A stretch of 38,867 nucleotides of DNA from a virus (Duplodnaviria > Caudoviricetes). Below, one piece after another: positions 17,572 to 27,326 of the stretch; the stretch's first letter is position 1; every line of letters begins with the position of its first letter. A program made the position numbers and the translations under genes. Location of the stretch: positions 1-38,867 of the IMG/VR virus record IMGVR_UViG_3300049982_000331. One strand, written 5' to 3'. Under the pieces are notes generated by a model. The model worked only from the letters and a program-made list of their open reading frames with translations. It searched no databases and was not told the DNA's origin.

Positions 17572-19005
17572 TTAAGGAATTACGTAATCGGGTGTCAGCG
17601 GCAAATCGCCACTGCCCTGCAAATCTTCAATAGAGACATAGCCTGTTTTGATATACAGCTTATCGGCTGCAGGATCTATGTCTTTTTCCTGGTGGAACAT
17701 TTCCCGTACTTCATTAGGTACAAAACAAGGCAATGCGGCAAACGCTTGCGCCATTTTAAGTATATCGCCTTGTAAAGCCGGTATTTCTGAAATGTCCTCT
17801 CTTATCGTCCTGCGCTTTCTATCCTCTGCAAACTCAGGCACTAACCCAGCTATGTACGCGTCTCTCTCGAGATACACATTAGGTAAACAGGCATCAGTGT
17901 AAAGCCCGATTTTAGCATTGTTGTCCGAAATCTCAGAGCCGGTTGCGTCATTGTTGAAAAGCCTATCTGATATGCCAAAGGCATTACACAGCTTTTTAAA
18001 CGTAATGCCTGAGAGTTTTACCACATCAAGATCAACAAGTGGTAAGCCAAGTTGTATATACCCCAACTCGCCTGAGCTGAACATTGGCGCTCCCTTATTA
18101 ACCTTGTTGGATGAGTATTTATAATAATTATCTTTTCTCAGGTCACTTGCTAATGCCGTCCCCCCATCTGAGGTAGTTACCTCTTCGCCATCATCGCCTT
18201 TGTCGTACACTATGCCAGGCACACCCCCGTTTTGCATCTGTGCCACTGTCACATCAATTTGACTGTCAACTTGTGTGAGCCTCAGCCCTAATACATCAAC
18301 CGGGCTTATGCCCTCATAATTGCTTATGACGATCATATCCTCGGGAGGAATATTATCGATTAGCACAATGCCATTGGGTCTGTATTTATAGTGCAAAACC
18401 TGCTTTGGAAAATTAGTGACTACCTCAACAATATCTTTCCTCAGCATGATCTCAAGCTTAATCGGTGGCCCTTCATTCACGTCAATCACTTCGCCTTTCT
18501 CATTAACCCCAAATTGGTTCTGCCTTATTTTGTACAGATACACTTTGCCCTGCAAGGGTAAAAGCGTGTGAATAGCCTGCCTGAATTGAAACTTCGAAAG
18601 GGTAAAATGTGGATTCTCTAAAAGCTGGTAAAGCTTATCGGTTTCAGATAAATCAACCAGGGCTTTTGTTTGTAGTTTCTTGTAATGATACATCTGCCCC
18701 GGCTCGTGGCTTTTCATCTGTAGCTGGCGAAAAGCTTTATCTTCCTGTATCTCATAGCTGTAGATCGGAATGAGTGCTGAGGTCTTTGCTATCCTGTTAA
18801 TGATGCTGTAGATATCATCTGTGTTGCTGTACCTGTTTACCTGTTGGTCTAAGGTGTAACTTGGATAGATGGGGGTATTCTGATTAATGATGTTACGGCT
18901 GGCAGTAATAATAAAACTTCTTTGTACTGCTTGTTGCAAGCTCAATACTTGAGTCTGCAGAGCCTTTATTTCCGTTTTGTCTTTGCCCCTGTTGAATAAG
19001 CCCAC
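17572..19005 (-). CDS. Portal protein (HK97-like family)
   Basis: IYSIINRIA, LLENP, GISPV, QNGGVPG, LCNAFGI; start likely GTG 19005. Confidence 0.92.
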   Translation of the reverse strand: MGLFNRGKDKTEIKALQTQVLSLQQAVQRSFIITASRNIINQNTPIYPSYTLDQQVNRYSNTDDIYSIINRIAKTSALIPIYSYEIQEDKAFRQLQMKSHEPGQMYHYKKLQTKALVDLSETDKLYQLLENPHFTLSKFQFRQAIHTLLPLQGKVYLYKIRQNQFGVNEKGEVIDVNEGPPIKLEIMLRKDIVEVVTNFPKQVLHYKYRPNGIVLIDNIPPEDMIVISNYEGISPVDVLGLRLTQVDSQIDVTVAQMQNGGVPGIVYDKGDDGEEVTTSDGGTALASDLRKDNYYKYSSNKVNKGAPMFSSGELGYIQLGLPLVDLDVVKLSGITFKKLCNAFGISDRLFNNDATGSEISDNNAKIGLYTDACLPNVYLERDAYIAGLVPEFAEDRKRRTIREDISEIPALQGDILKMAQAFAALPCFVPNEVREMFHQEKDIDPAADKLYIKTGYVSIEDLQGSGDLPLTPDYVIP

Positions 19006-19019
19006 ATCATTATTTTCAA

Positions 19020-19050
19020 TAAAGATAATTGTTTTTGCAACTTTGTTGCA
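19020..19050 (-). promoter_or_regulatory. Late-module promoter with palindromic operator (copy 4)
   Basis: Minus strand TGCAACAAAGTTGCA-N8-TATCTTTA. Confidence 0.75.
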
Positions 19051-19055
19051 TTTTT

Positions 19056-20396
19056 TCAATAAGAGGCATCAGCATATTTCTTTTTGGGCTTGAGTTCAAA
19101 TATCATTTTCATCAATAGCATATCAAGATAATCAGGTGAATGGCCCAAAATCTCTTTCATTTTATCCTTACTGATAATCTTTTTTTTACGCTCATCCGCA
19201 TTAACGTTATCGGCTTTCAGTACTCCCAACTCTTCAATAATTATTTCCTTTTGCTCTGGTGTACAAATTATCAACATCTCTCTTTTGTTGATGTACGATG
19301 CTAATTCATAGGCGCATTGACTTTTTAAGTTAGCAAATTCCAAAACGGGCTTTTTAGTAACAGGATCAACCCCGGTAGGAATGCTCTGCGCACCACCGTG
19401 AAACTCTTTTATGCCTGTTAAGTAGCTTTCCAGGTAAGCGCCAAGCCCGTCACTATCAGCTACCGTTCTACTTCTGCCCACACTTCTTTTCTCCATCACG
19501 TTCTTAACATCAGTTTCAATGATCTTACCAGTTGCTTTTTCCTTGTCAATATCAATGGTTACTCTCATACCCTCCCATGAACCAACAACAAAGCGGTCAC
19601 GCCCCTGCATTGCTAAGTCAGCACTGATTGCTTTATCCCCTGCAGGCACATGCTGATTTGTAAAGCAGTCACAAATAGCATCGTAGTCACATAAAACTGT
19701 TGGATCATCATCATACTCCCAATTACCATAAAGCAACCGCTCTTTTAGGTTTTTAGGTAGCTTTAAGAGATTCGCCTTGTAGGTGGTATCGATATTAGGA
19801 TTATCGTTAACGTATGCAGCAATAAACTTTTTATCCTCAGTTAGAGAGCCATCTTTGAAAGGTTTGTAAAACTCAGTGTAAAGCCAACCTTTTGAGGGGT
19901 TACAACCATAAAGCGTCTTAGGCTTTAATCCATAATCACTGACCATGTGCCTTATGCGGGATTTAACAACATTCTTTGCTTTTGTCTTGATTTGTGGTGC
20001 TTCATCAATAAAAGCCCCTGTGATCTCTAAAGATCCCAATTCATCAAAATCAGGATCAGCAGGGTAATAGCCTAAATCTTTAAGCAGTATTATGCTCCCA
20101 TTGGGAAAGGATATGTAGTTCTTTGGATTGTCGTAATATTTGAAGTGCGTGCCTGCGATCAACCCCTGAATCTTACAGACCTTGAAGAACGAAATAAGTG
20201 TAGTTTCTTTGAGAGTGGTGAGACTTTCACGGCCCATTAGCCATCTTGTCTCAGGAAATTTGTTTGCTTGTTTGAGTAAGAAGTAAGTGCCTAAAATACT
20301 TTTACCCCCGCCAGCCGCCCCGCCGTACACGATTTCCTCTGTTATCTTATCCTCAAGATAGTCAAGGGCTATAGTTTGCTTAGGGCTTAACTTCAT
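19056..20396 (-). CDS. terL: Terminase large subunit
   Basis: YGGAAGGGKS Walker A, FIDEA Walker B, CNP coupling motif, SPDYLD nuclease end. Confidence 0.95.
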   Translation of the reverse strand: MKLSPKQTIALDYLEDKITEEIVYGGAAGGGKSILGTYFLLKQANKFPETRWLMGRESLTTLKETTLISFFKVCKIQGLIAGTHFKYYDNPKNYISFPNGSIILLKDLGYYPADPDFDELGSLEITGAFIDEAPQIKTKAKNVVKSRIRHMVSDYGLKPKTLYGCNPSKGWLYTEFYKPFKDGSLTEDKKFIAAYVNDNPNIDTTYKANLLKLPKNLKERLLYGNWEYDDDPTVLCDYDAICDCFTNQHVPAGDKAISADLAMQGRDRFVVGSWEGMRVTIDIDKEKATGKIIETDVKNVMEKRSVGRSRTVADSDGLGAYLESYLTGIKEFHGGAQSIPTGVDPVTKKPVLEFANLKSQCAYELASYINKREMLIICTPEQKEIIIEELGVLKADNVNADERKKKIISKDKMKEILGHSPDYLDMLLMKMIFELKPKKKYADASY

Positions 20397-20832
20397 ATGT
20401 TTTTTCTTCTACCCAGGTTATGCCAATTGCCCCACTATGTTCGGTTTCATTCTTATCTCGCCATTTATCTTTTTGCCTGTTCTTTAACCAGAAGATTGCA
20501 GCAACCGTATCTGGGGGATAAATCTTTCTGATAGGCACTCTTTCAATGCTTGAGCCCATCCCCTGCCCATCAGAAACTACTTTAATTTCCTCACTGTCAT
20601 GCTCAAAACCCGTAGCTCTTTGATACAGCCTCTCAGCAACATTTGCATCAGCTAAAAGCTTTCCCCTTTTTATGGACTCCATAAATTCAGGATGAGCTTT
20701 TTTCCAGTTATTAAGCGTGCTCTCTCTTATGTTAAAAAAATCAGCCAACTCGATATCGGTAGCACCAAGCTTACAAAGCTTTTCTACAGCTTCGCTATTT
20801 TCCTTTTTGTATCGTGTAGGTCTACCGGCCAT
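20380..20832 (-). CDS. terS: Terminase small subunit
   Basis: GRPTRY, HTH (GATDIELADFF), PDTVAAIFWLKNR. Confidence 0.92.
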   Translation of the reverse strand: MAGRPTRYKKENSEAVEKLCKLGATDIELADFFNIRESTLNNWKKAHPEFMESIKRGKLLADANVAERLYQRATGFEHDSEEIKVVSDGQGMGSSIERVPIRKIYPPDTVAAIFWLKNRQKDKWRDKNETEHSGAIGITWVEEKTYEVKP

Positions 20833-20837
20833 AATAT

Positions 20838-20868
20838 CAAAACTACAATATTTTGCAACATTGTTGCA
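20838..20868 (-). promoter_or_regulatory. Late-module promoter with palindromic operator (copy 5)
   Basis: Minus strand TGCAACAATGTTGCA-N8-TAGTTTTG, 5 nt before the terS ATG. Confidence 0.8.
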
Positions 20869-20870
20869 TT

Positions 20871-21083
20871 TTAGGTTCTACACTTACTGTTTGCTTCTTT
20901 GATCTCTTCCATAAAAGCCTCTAGTTGGTCAACAAAACAAGAAAGGCAATTGTAAAGTGCTTTAGTTCCATCTGCATCTAATTCTTTAAACTTTTTACCA
21001 TTATTCACCTTCAAAGATATTGTTACAATTGGTTTTTGATCAGCGTTGCCGTCGTGAAACTCTGCTTTAAACATTCTTGGCAT
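20871..21083 (-). CDS. Hypothetical protein
   Basis: 70 aa ORF with AT-rich initiation region. Confidence 0.65.
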   Translation of the reverse strand: MPRMFKAEFHDGNADQKPIVTISLKVNNGKKFKELDADGTKALYNCLSCFVDQLEAFMEEIKEANSKCRT

Positions 21084-21095
21084 AATCTGTATTTT

Positions 21096-22508
21096 TTAAG
21101 CTCTTAATAATTGTTTCTTTCCTGTGTATTTCTCAACTCTTGCTTTAACCGCCTGCATCAAAGCCTCCTGCCCCACTGCTTTACTGTCTAAAGCCTTTAA
21201 AACATCTTCATCCATTGTGCCTTTCGTTATCAATCGCTGGTTCAGAAGTGCCTCAATAAGCCCTTGCCGGTCAAGTCTTGCACATGCTTGCTGGTAAAAC
21301 TCTAAACCCCAAGGCAACCCAAACCAAATAAGATTATGCCCCCCTTCCTGCATGTTCAACCCATGTCCCATGCTGGCAGGGTGCCCAAGAAGCAAAGGAA
21401 TTTCTTTTTTGTTCCACCTGTCCACATCGCTTGCTTTCTTTAAGATTTCGGGCTTGTAGGCTTTCATATGCCGCATTATTCGCTCAACATCATGCTTGTA
21501 GGAATAGCACACAAGTACTGGTTGGCCGTTAGCTGCTTCAACTGCTTCCTCAAGTGCTTCAAGCTTTTCGCCGTGTACCTGGTGCCAGTTCTTTTCACTG
21601 TCATACACTGCCCCATTAGCAAACTGTAAAAGCTTATTGGATAAGGCCGCCGCATTCACAACAGAAATATCCTCAGTATCTTCCATTGCAAGGATCTGCT
21701 TACACTCAAAATCTTCATACTGTTGCATTATTCGCTTTGGCAGTATAATCTCAATCGTACTGTCAACCCTTGGTGGAAGATCCAACCAATCCTCCTTTTT
21801 CATGGAAATACAGATATCCCCTATTTTTTCATAAATCTTTTTCTCATAATAATCCTCACCAATCAAATCATCCTCAGTTTGTTTCCTCATTTCGTACTTC
21901 GCAAAAGGCTTGTGAGGATCTTTTGTAAAATACCTTTCTTTAAACCCGCCAAAGGTTTTGCCTAATCGCTCCCCCTGATCAAGTAAATAGATTTGGCTCC
22001 ATAGGTCCAACAGTCCATTTGGTGCAGGTGTGCCGGTTAAACCAACAATCCTTTTGACTTTTGGCCGTATCATCCTGAGAGCTTTAAACCTGACAGATTT
22101 TGGGGATTTGAAGCTTGAAAGCTCATCAATCACAACCATATCAAACGGAAAGGCACCACCGTAAAAGCTAATCAGCCATGCAACATTCTCCCGATTGATC
22201 ACGTAGATATCAGCCTTGGCCTTTAATGTCTCTTTGCGCTGCCTCTCATCCCCTAAAACGGTTGATAGCCTCAAATGCTTCAGGTGATCCCATTTATCCT
22301 TTTCATTTATCCAGGTATGCTCCGCCACCCGTTTAGGGGCTATAACCAACACTTTACTCACCTCCAAATCATCAAACATAAGTTGGTTGATGGCTGTAAG
22401 CGTTGCAACTGTTTTACCAAGGCCCATATCCATCAAAAGTCCACAGCCATCATTGTTTATGATGTGCTCAGTTGCATGTTGCTGGTATCCATGAGGGGTG
22501 TAGTTCAT
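21096..22508 (-). CDS. SNF2-like superfamily 2 helicase
   Basis: DMGLGKT, VIDELS, LTGTP, HGLNMQ, ARLDRQG. Confidence 0.94.
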   Translation of the reverse strand: MNYTPHGYQQHATEHIINNDGCGLLMDMGLGKTVATLTAINQLMFDDLEVSKVLVIAPKRVAEHTWINEKDKWDHLKHLRLSTVLGDERQRKETLKAKADIYVINRENVAWLISFYGGAFPFDMVVIDELSSFKSPKSVRFKALRMIRPKVKRIVGLTGTPAPNGLLDLWSQIYLLDQGERLGKTFGGFKERYFTKDPHKPFAKYEMRKQTEDDLIGEDYYEKKIYEKIGDICISMKKEDWLDLPPRVDSTIEIILPKRIMQQYEDFECKQILAMEDTEDISVVNAAALSNKLLQFANGAVYDSEKNWHQVHGEKLEALEEAVEAANGQPVLVCYSYKHDVERIMRHMKAYKPEILKKASDVDRWNKKEIPLLLGHPASMGHGLNMQEGGHNLIWFGLPWGLEFYQQACARLDRQGLIEALLNQRLITKGTMDEDVLKALDSKAVGQEALMQAVKARVEKYTGKKQLLRA

Positions 22509-22517
22509 TTTGTTTGT

Positions 22518-22778
22518 TTAAGTAAGCTCTACAACAAATCTCATCGCCATTGCCGCTATCTGAATTGCCTCCTTACGTTGATTCTGAATATCATAGTCTC
22601 TTTGGTTCTTCTTTATCTCATCCCAAAGCTCATCCACTTCCTCCCACAACACGGCAATGCCCTCACGCTGATTCACAAGGTTTTCGGGAAACATCTTTTT
22701 TGCCCGCCATACCTCCTCTTCAAGTTGATGCAACGCGGCTGTTAATTTGTACAAATACTGATCTGTTTCAAATTTCAT
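22518..22778 (-). CDS. MazG-like nucleotide pyrophosphohydrolase-fold protein
   Basis: EGIAVLWEEVDELWDE...KEAIQIAAMAMRF. Confidence 0.65.
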   Translation of the reverse strand: MKFETDQYLYKLTAALHQLEEEVWRAKKMFPENLVNQREGIAVLWEEVDELWDEIKKNQRDYDIQNQRKEAIQIAAMAMRFVVELT

Positions 22779-22782
22779 AATC

Positions 22783-23061
22783 TCAATTTTTTATAAGTTC
22801 TAAAAATACTTTCAATGTTTCTTCACTATCAATCACCAAAACTGTAAAACCTAATTTTTGTAACACCTCAATAACAATCCTTTGACGGGGGCTTGGCTTT
22901 TTGCCTGTGCTCTTCAACTCAACAAACCAAATACGTGCACCTGGCATTAAAACAATTCGATCAGGAAAACCGGTGAACGACAAAACGAAAAACTTTACCG
23001 CCAATCCCCCCAACTTTTTAACCTGCTCTCTTAACTTCTTTTCAATCAACTTTTCATTCAT
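22783..23061 (-). CDS. VRR-NUC domain nuclease
   Basis: EKLIE, GFPDRIVL, FVELK, Q motif. Confidence 0.92.
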   Translation of the reverse strand: MNEKLIEKKLREQVKKLGGLAVKFFVLSFTGFPDRIVLMPGARIWFVELKSTGKKPSPRQRIVIEVLQKLGFTVLVIDSEETLKVFLELIKN

Positions 23062-23073
23062 ATTATAAATTTT

Positions 23074-23221
23074 TCGCTGTCATCGCTAAATCGCTGTCAT
23101 CGCTTTTTCCTTAAGAGCCTAAAATATACGCGTTTGGTAAATTTCTATACGTGATACCCCCAAAACTTACCAAATCAACATTTTTTAACCTCTTATAGAT
23201 TTAGCGATGACAGTGATGACA
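23074..23221. repeat. Direct and inverted repeat array; candidate replication origin
   Basis: TCGCTGTCATCGCT at 23074 and 23091; inverted copy 23199-23216; inner inverted repeat TTTGGTAA/TTACCAAA. Confidence 0.7.
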
Positions 23222-25661
23222 CTTGCTCTTTTTTATCCTTTTTATTTTCTCTCAAATATGCTTTTTGGGTCCCGTAAAATCCAAATCTTCTTTGATTTCC
23301 GGCCTTCCAACCTTCCAGATTATACATAATATTGTGCAGGCTTTTTGTGTTGTATGAGGTCATATCTTTTACGTTTCCGTTCAGTACTTCACACCATATT
23401 TCAGCAACACAAATTTGGCTTCTAAGCTTCGTGCCGATAGCTGTCAACTCATCTGCCTGCAAAAAACCACGGCGCTCATAAAGCGTCATTTCGTTCCAAT
23501 TCTCAGGCACTAAAGTGTTAATGTATCTTTCAATTGCCCCCACTCTTTCATCCATTTCTGTATGTGCCCTTTGCATTTCCTTGGCCATATTTTCAACTTC
23601 TGCAGAGAGATACAGCTTTTCCTTTTTGCTTTGTAGATACACCGCCTCAGCCCAAATTTGGTTCACTTCATCCTCTGTCATATCCTCTTCAACATCCTTT
23701 TTTTGCGTTTGTGCTAGTATAGGAACAGGCCAAAAACGACGATTGCCGTTATTACTTTGCAGGAATCCCCAATTGTTTGTAGTACCAAAAAAGACGCATT
23801 GCCTTTTAAATTGAGAAGTATATTTTGCATGAGGAATTCTAAAAACATCATCTCTTTTTGTGAGAAAATGTTTTACCGGTTCTATGTCTGCTTTCTTCAA
23901 TCCCGATAGCTCAGGTATTTCAATTATCCAATAACCTTGTATCTGCTCAAAAGCTTCTTTGCCTCGTTTGAGCATCTCAAAACTGAAATTATCAGAAAAC
24001 CAACGACCTGCCAGTTTTCTAAAAATGCTGCTTTTCTTTTTACCCTCTTCACCAATCAGTGTCAGCACATAATCAAATTGTACCCCTGGGTGAAATATCC
24101 TGGCAACACAGGCCACCAATGCTTTTTTAGTTACTTCACGACTATATAAGTTATCAGCAGCACCCATATAGTCAATAAAAACACTGCTCACCCTTTCTTC
24201 ACCATCCCAATGAAGAGACTGCAAATATTTTTTAACCGGGTGTACTGAGTGGTTCATTATTAAAGCCTCAAACACATCATTCAAATTTCCATTGTGTGAC
24301 ATATTATAGGGCTCGTTTGCCATATAAATGCGAAGATTGCACTCATCTTCATCCTGCACCCATTGGCTGTTTTCTGTTACTTTTCGCCATGGCAAATCCC
24401 GTAAAACCGTTTTCCTTTTGCTGAATTCATCATAAGCAAAACAGTCCTTTAAAGCAGGATCGTTTTCTAATACAAGCTTAAAATTGTTTCGCGTGCTCAG
24501 ATAATTATTCTTTGCATCCATCTCTAAATCATCAATCCAGTTTGAGTTATCCTCGTTTTCATCTTCTTCAATTGTGTCACTCACTTCGCCAAAATCTTTT
24601 TTAGCTTTTTCAAACTTCTCAAGCCCTACTTGCCTGGAAACTCTTTTATCTTTTTGGATGAATTCAACCATTGCCAAATAAGAGGGCAACCTGTTACCTT
24701 TCAAAGTAGTCCCGTCTTCATCCTTCAATCCAAATTTGTGAATCCGTACCAGGTCAAACGCATTGCACAATTTCCCGCTCGTTGGGTCCGTACCATGATG
24801 AGAGAAAGCGTATTTATCTTCATACACAACGAGCCCTGCAGCAGTGCTACCTTCCTTATAGCTGTACCGGTTCTCAACGTCACACGCTTCATACACATCG
24901 GCCAAGAAAGCGTCAATAGCTTCATGTATGCTGTAAGTGCGACAAAAGGCACCAATAACCCCCGGCTTCTCTAAAGGATCACCCTGCTTTAAAATTTCGT
25001 TGGCCCGTACATCTTTTTCACGTGAGCTTATAGGCCAACTGCTTGTGTCTTTCCAATCGCTGTAAGTGCTCAATACTTCATCTGCTTTCAACCATTCCCC
25101 GTCCTGGTAATCAAAAAAGTACTCCCCGTCTTTGGATGAGGAAGGCCAATACATGGGTTGTGTTGGTTTGTAAGAAGTACTATGATCAAAGGCGTCAATA
25201 TCTAAATTTTCAGCGATACGCCTTGAAATAGCTCTAAACTCATCAGGTGTAACCTCTCTATCGAGAGGGATTACAAGCCGGCATTTTGGGTATTCAGGCT
25301 TATGATGATGGGTAGAATAAATAGCAGCGGCACAACCATACATCAATATGAAATCATCCCATAAATCCTTTTTGCCGTGGTCCATATCTAAGGTCACAAG
25401 CTGCCTGTGCAAAATGCTGTCTTTCTTATGCCTGCCACCTGCCAAATACCCCCCAACAAAAGCCCCCACATCTTTAATTTCATCTTGTCGGGCTTTCTTT
25501 GAAAGTACATACTCGTTGTATGTCTCAGCCGTTCTGTGTGTGGTACTCAGCTTTTCAACCAGTGCAGACCACTGCATATTTTTATTCTTCCAGTTGGTCT
25601 CTTTCCTGCTTCGCCCGGTGGCAATGTCAAAAGTTCCATCGTGGGTTATATTTAGGGGCAT
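23193..25661 (-). CDS. Primase-helicase with VirE (virulence-associated E) domain
   Basis: N-terminal TLDMD/YSTHHH/RLVIPL AEP-like motifs; GEEGKKKSS, WIIEIPEL, GTTN, GNRRFWP. Confidence 0.92.
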   Translation of the reverse strand: MPLNITHDGTFDIATGRSRKETNWKNKNMQWSALVEKLSTTHRTAETYNEYVLSKKARQDEIKDVGAFVGGYLAGGRHKKDSILHRQLVTLDMDHGKKDLWDDFILMYGCAAAIYSTHHHKPEYPKCRLVIPLDREVTPDEFRAISRRIAENLDIDAFDHSTSYKPTQPMYWPSSSKDGEYFFDYQDGEWLKADEVLSTYSDWKDTSSWPISSREKDVRANEILKQGDPLEKPGVIGAFCRTYSIHEAIDAFLADVYEACDVENRYSYKEGSTAAGLVVYEDKYAFSHHGTDPTSGKLCNAFDLVRIHKFGLKDEDGTTLKGNRLPSYLAMVEFIQKDKRVSRQVGLEKFEKAKKDFGEVSDTIEEDENEDNSNWIDDLEMDAKNNYLSTRNNFKLVLENDPALKDCFAYDEFSKRKTVLRDLPWRKVTENSQWVQDEDECNLRIYMANEPYNMSHNGNLNDVFEALIMNHSVHPVKKYLQSLHWDGEERVSSVFIDYMGAADNLYSREVTKKALVACVARIFHPGVQFDYVLTLIGEEGKKKSSIFRKLAGRWFSDNFSFEMLKRGKEAFEQIQGYWIIEIPELSGLKKADIEPVKHFLTKRDDVFRIPHAKYTSQFKRQCVFFGTTNNWGFLQSNNGNRRFWPVPILAQTQKKDVEEDMTEDEVNQIWAEAVYLQSKKEKLYLSAEVENMAKEMQRAHTEMDERVGAIERYINTLVPENWNEMTLYERRGFLQADELTAIGTKLRSQICVAEIWCEVLNGNVKDMTSYNTKSLHNIMYNLEGWKAGNQRRFGFYGTQKAYLRENKKDKKEQVSSLSSLNL

Positions 25662-25680
25662 AGGTTAGTTTTCTTTTAAT

Positions 25681-26289
25681 TTAATTGAACCATTCAAGCT
25701 GAGTTTTTCCTTTAAAGCCTTTCACCCATACAAACCAAGCATAAGCAACAGCACTACCTCCTGAGTTTCTTAGCCCGGTAAAGTCTCCATTTTTTGCGCA
25801 ATTCAAACGGGAGGAAGAAACGTAAATGGTTTTTGGTGGATGGCTTATAAAAAGTAGCTTTCTGCCTTTACCCTCCATAAATTGAACCTTTAAAAACATA
25901 GCTACTTTGTTACCCTCAGGTATTATTTTGAGCGCTTTCTCAATAAATTCAGAGGCATATTTATAAGGCGGGTTTGTTATAATATCCCCTTTCCATTCTG
26001 ATATTTCCTCGGCCAAAAAGTTGACTCCGCTTGTTCCATATCCTCTATTTATTAAATCCGTGCTTTTTACATCATATAAATAATCTTCAAACACCTCGGA
26101 CAAATGCCCCTCACCACATGCACACTCCCAAATATGCTCAGAAAAGGATTCTAGTTGCAACAACATTTCTGCTGCTCGTGGTTCTGTAGCATAATAATCA
26201 TTTTCCTCCCTTTCATGCTCTGAATGATGAGATGAACCAAGAGTTTTATAAACACTGTTTGAATTCCCTTTCCAGTCTTTTGTTTTCAT
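25681..26289 (-). CDS. DNA amino-methyltransferase (N6A/N4C)
   Basis: DYYAT, WECACGEG SAM motif, IITNPPY, YAWFVW. Confidence 0.85.
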   Translation of the reverse strand: MKTKDWKGNSNSVYKTLGSSHHSEHEREENDYYATEPRAAEMLLQLESFSEHIWECACGEGHLSEVFEDYLYDVKSTDLINRGYGTSGVNFLAEEISEWKGDIITNPPYKYASEFIEKALKIIPEGNKVAMFLKVQFMEGKGRKLLFISHPPKTIYVSSSRLNCAKNGDFTGLRNSGGSAVAYAWFVWVKGFKGKTQLEWFN

Positions 26290-26333
26290 TTTGTTTTATC
26301 CAACGTTTCGTTAACATTTTAGGGCAAAAAAAT

Positions 26334-26615
26334 TTACCCTTTTTGGTTGTCAATTACAGCGTGCATTCTGTCCATATCCCTAAGTCCTGAGTTGTAGTAA
26401 GTGTTTCCGTATTGAGTTAAAAAGTCTGTCAGCTCTTTATCAAAATTCTCAGGATGGCCATTGAGCACATTAGCAATTTGCTTTTTCATAAGTGAGTGCA
26501 GTTTTGCTTTAGCAGTTACCAGGCATTTATCTTCCTCAGTTACAATAGCAACAGGTAGCTTGATATCTTCAGCCTTATTGTATTTGATTAAAAACCCATT
26601 GCGATATTTACTCAT
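26334..26615 (-). CDS. Hypothetical protein
   Basis: ATG 26615 just after the upstream stop. Confidence 0.6.
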   Translation of the reverse strand: MSKYRNGFLIKYNKAEDIKLPVAIVTEEDKCLVTAKAKLHSLMKKQIANVLNGHPENFDKELTDFLTQYGNTYYNSGLRDMDRMHAVIDNQKG

Positions 26616-26619
26616 AACT

Positions 26620-27048
26620 TTAAAAATAATCAGGCACACTGTTTGTTTTTTCCTTTATAACTCCAACAGTCGCCGTGTTGGTTCTATAGTCATAAGAAAA
26701 ATATTTAGTAATGTTTTTGCCTTTTGTCATTACCTGGATGTTATCGATGTGATACCCCAAATCATTATGCTTTCTATCAATTGTATAGCTTTCAGAAGAT
26801 CGGCCTGCAAAGCCAATGTATTTGACCTTAGAGCACCAGCCTCTGAACTGCTCAAGTGTTATAGTGAATAATAACCCCCGCTGCTTTGCCCTGTTCCTGA
26901 GATTATTAAAAGCATATCTGACAGGATCTTCAATGCGTGATTTTCTACATCGGCACGTACTACAGATTTTACCCTTGCATTTGTTTTTACAAAAAGCAAC
27001 AGAGCAAAAGCCTTTTTTGATATTCTTCCTAAAGGTTAGCGGCTTCAT
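26620..27048 (-). CDS. HNH-like (His-Me finger) endonuclease with Cys-rich N-terminus
   Basis: RAKQRGLLFTIT, TIDRKHNDLGYHIDNIQV...N. Confidence 0.7.
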   Translation of the reverse strand: MKPLTFRKNIKKGFCSVAFCKNKCKGKICSTCRCRKSRIEDPVRYAFNNLRNRAKQRGLLFTITLEQFRGWCSKVKYIGFAGRSSESYTIDRKHNDLGYHIDNIQVMTKGKNITKYFSYDYRTNTATVGVIKEKTNSVPDYF

Positions 27049-27314
27049 AATAGTTCGTAATCTTCTTTGCTAAAAGTTTCGATTTTTACAGCTAAAGAGG
27101 CTGGTTCTGTTTTAGTATGATTTCTCAAAAAGTCTTGTAACTCAGGTTTACCGTTTGCCAGTTCCATTAATTGAAAAAAGGGTTGTTGCATGTGCTCTTT
27201 ATGTACTTCCTTACAGAAAGCAGTAGCAAGCTTTTGCCCTTTGCCGGTATTATCAAAAGTTGTTTCTTTTACCTTATCCCCTTTAGTTACTGTTACCACA
27301 ATCAGTTCATCCAT
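27045..27314 (-). CDS. Hypothetical protein
   Basis: 89 aa, 4-bp overlap with the next gene. Confidence 0.65.
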   Translation of the reverse strand: MDELIVVTVTKGDKVKETTFDNTGKGQKLATAFCKEVHKEHMQQPFFQLMELANGKPELQDFLRNHTKTEPASLAVKIETFSKEDYELL

Positions 27315-27326
27315 TGTTAAAATGTT

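Noticed and set aside
5773-19059. ORF-track N-terminal extensions (MQQGCIF at 5811, MGLFKLKG at 13780, MLHFLLV at 16205, MKKCNKV at 19059)
   Set aside because: They run through the palindromic promoters or a terminator; downstream starts fit better.
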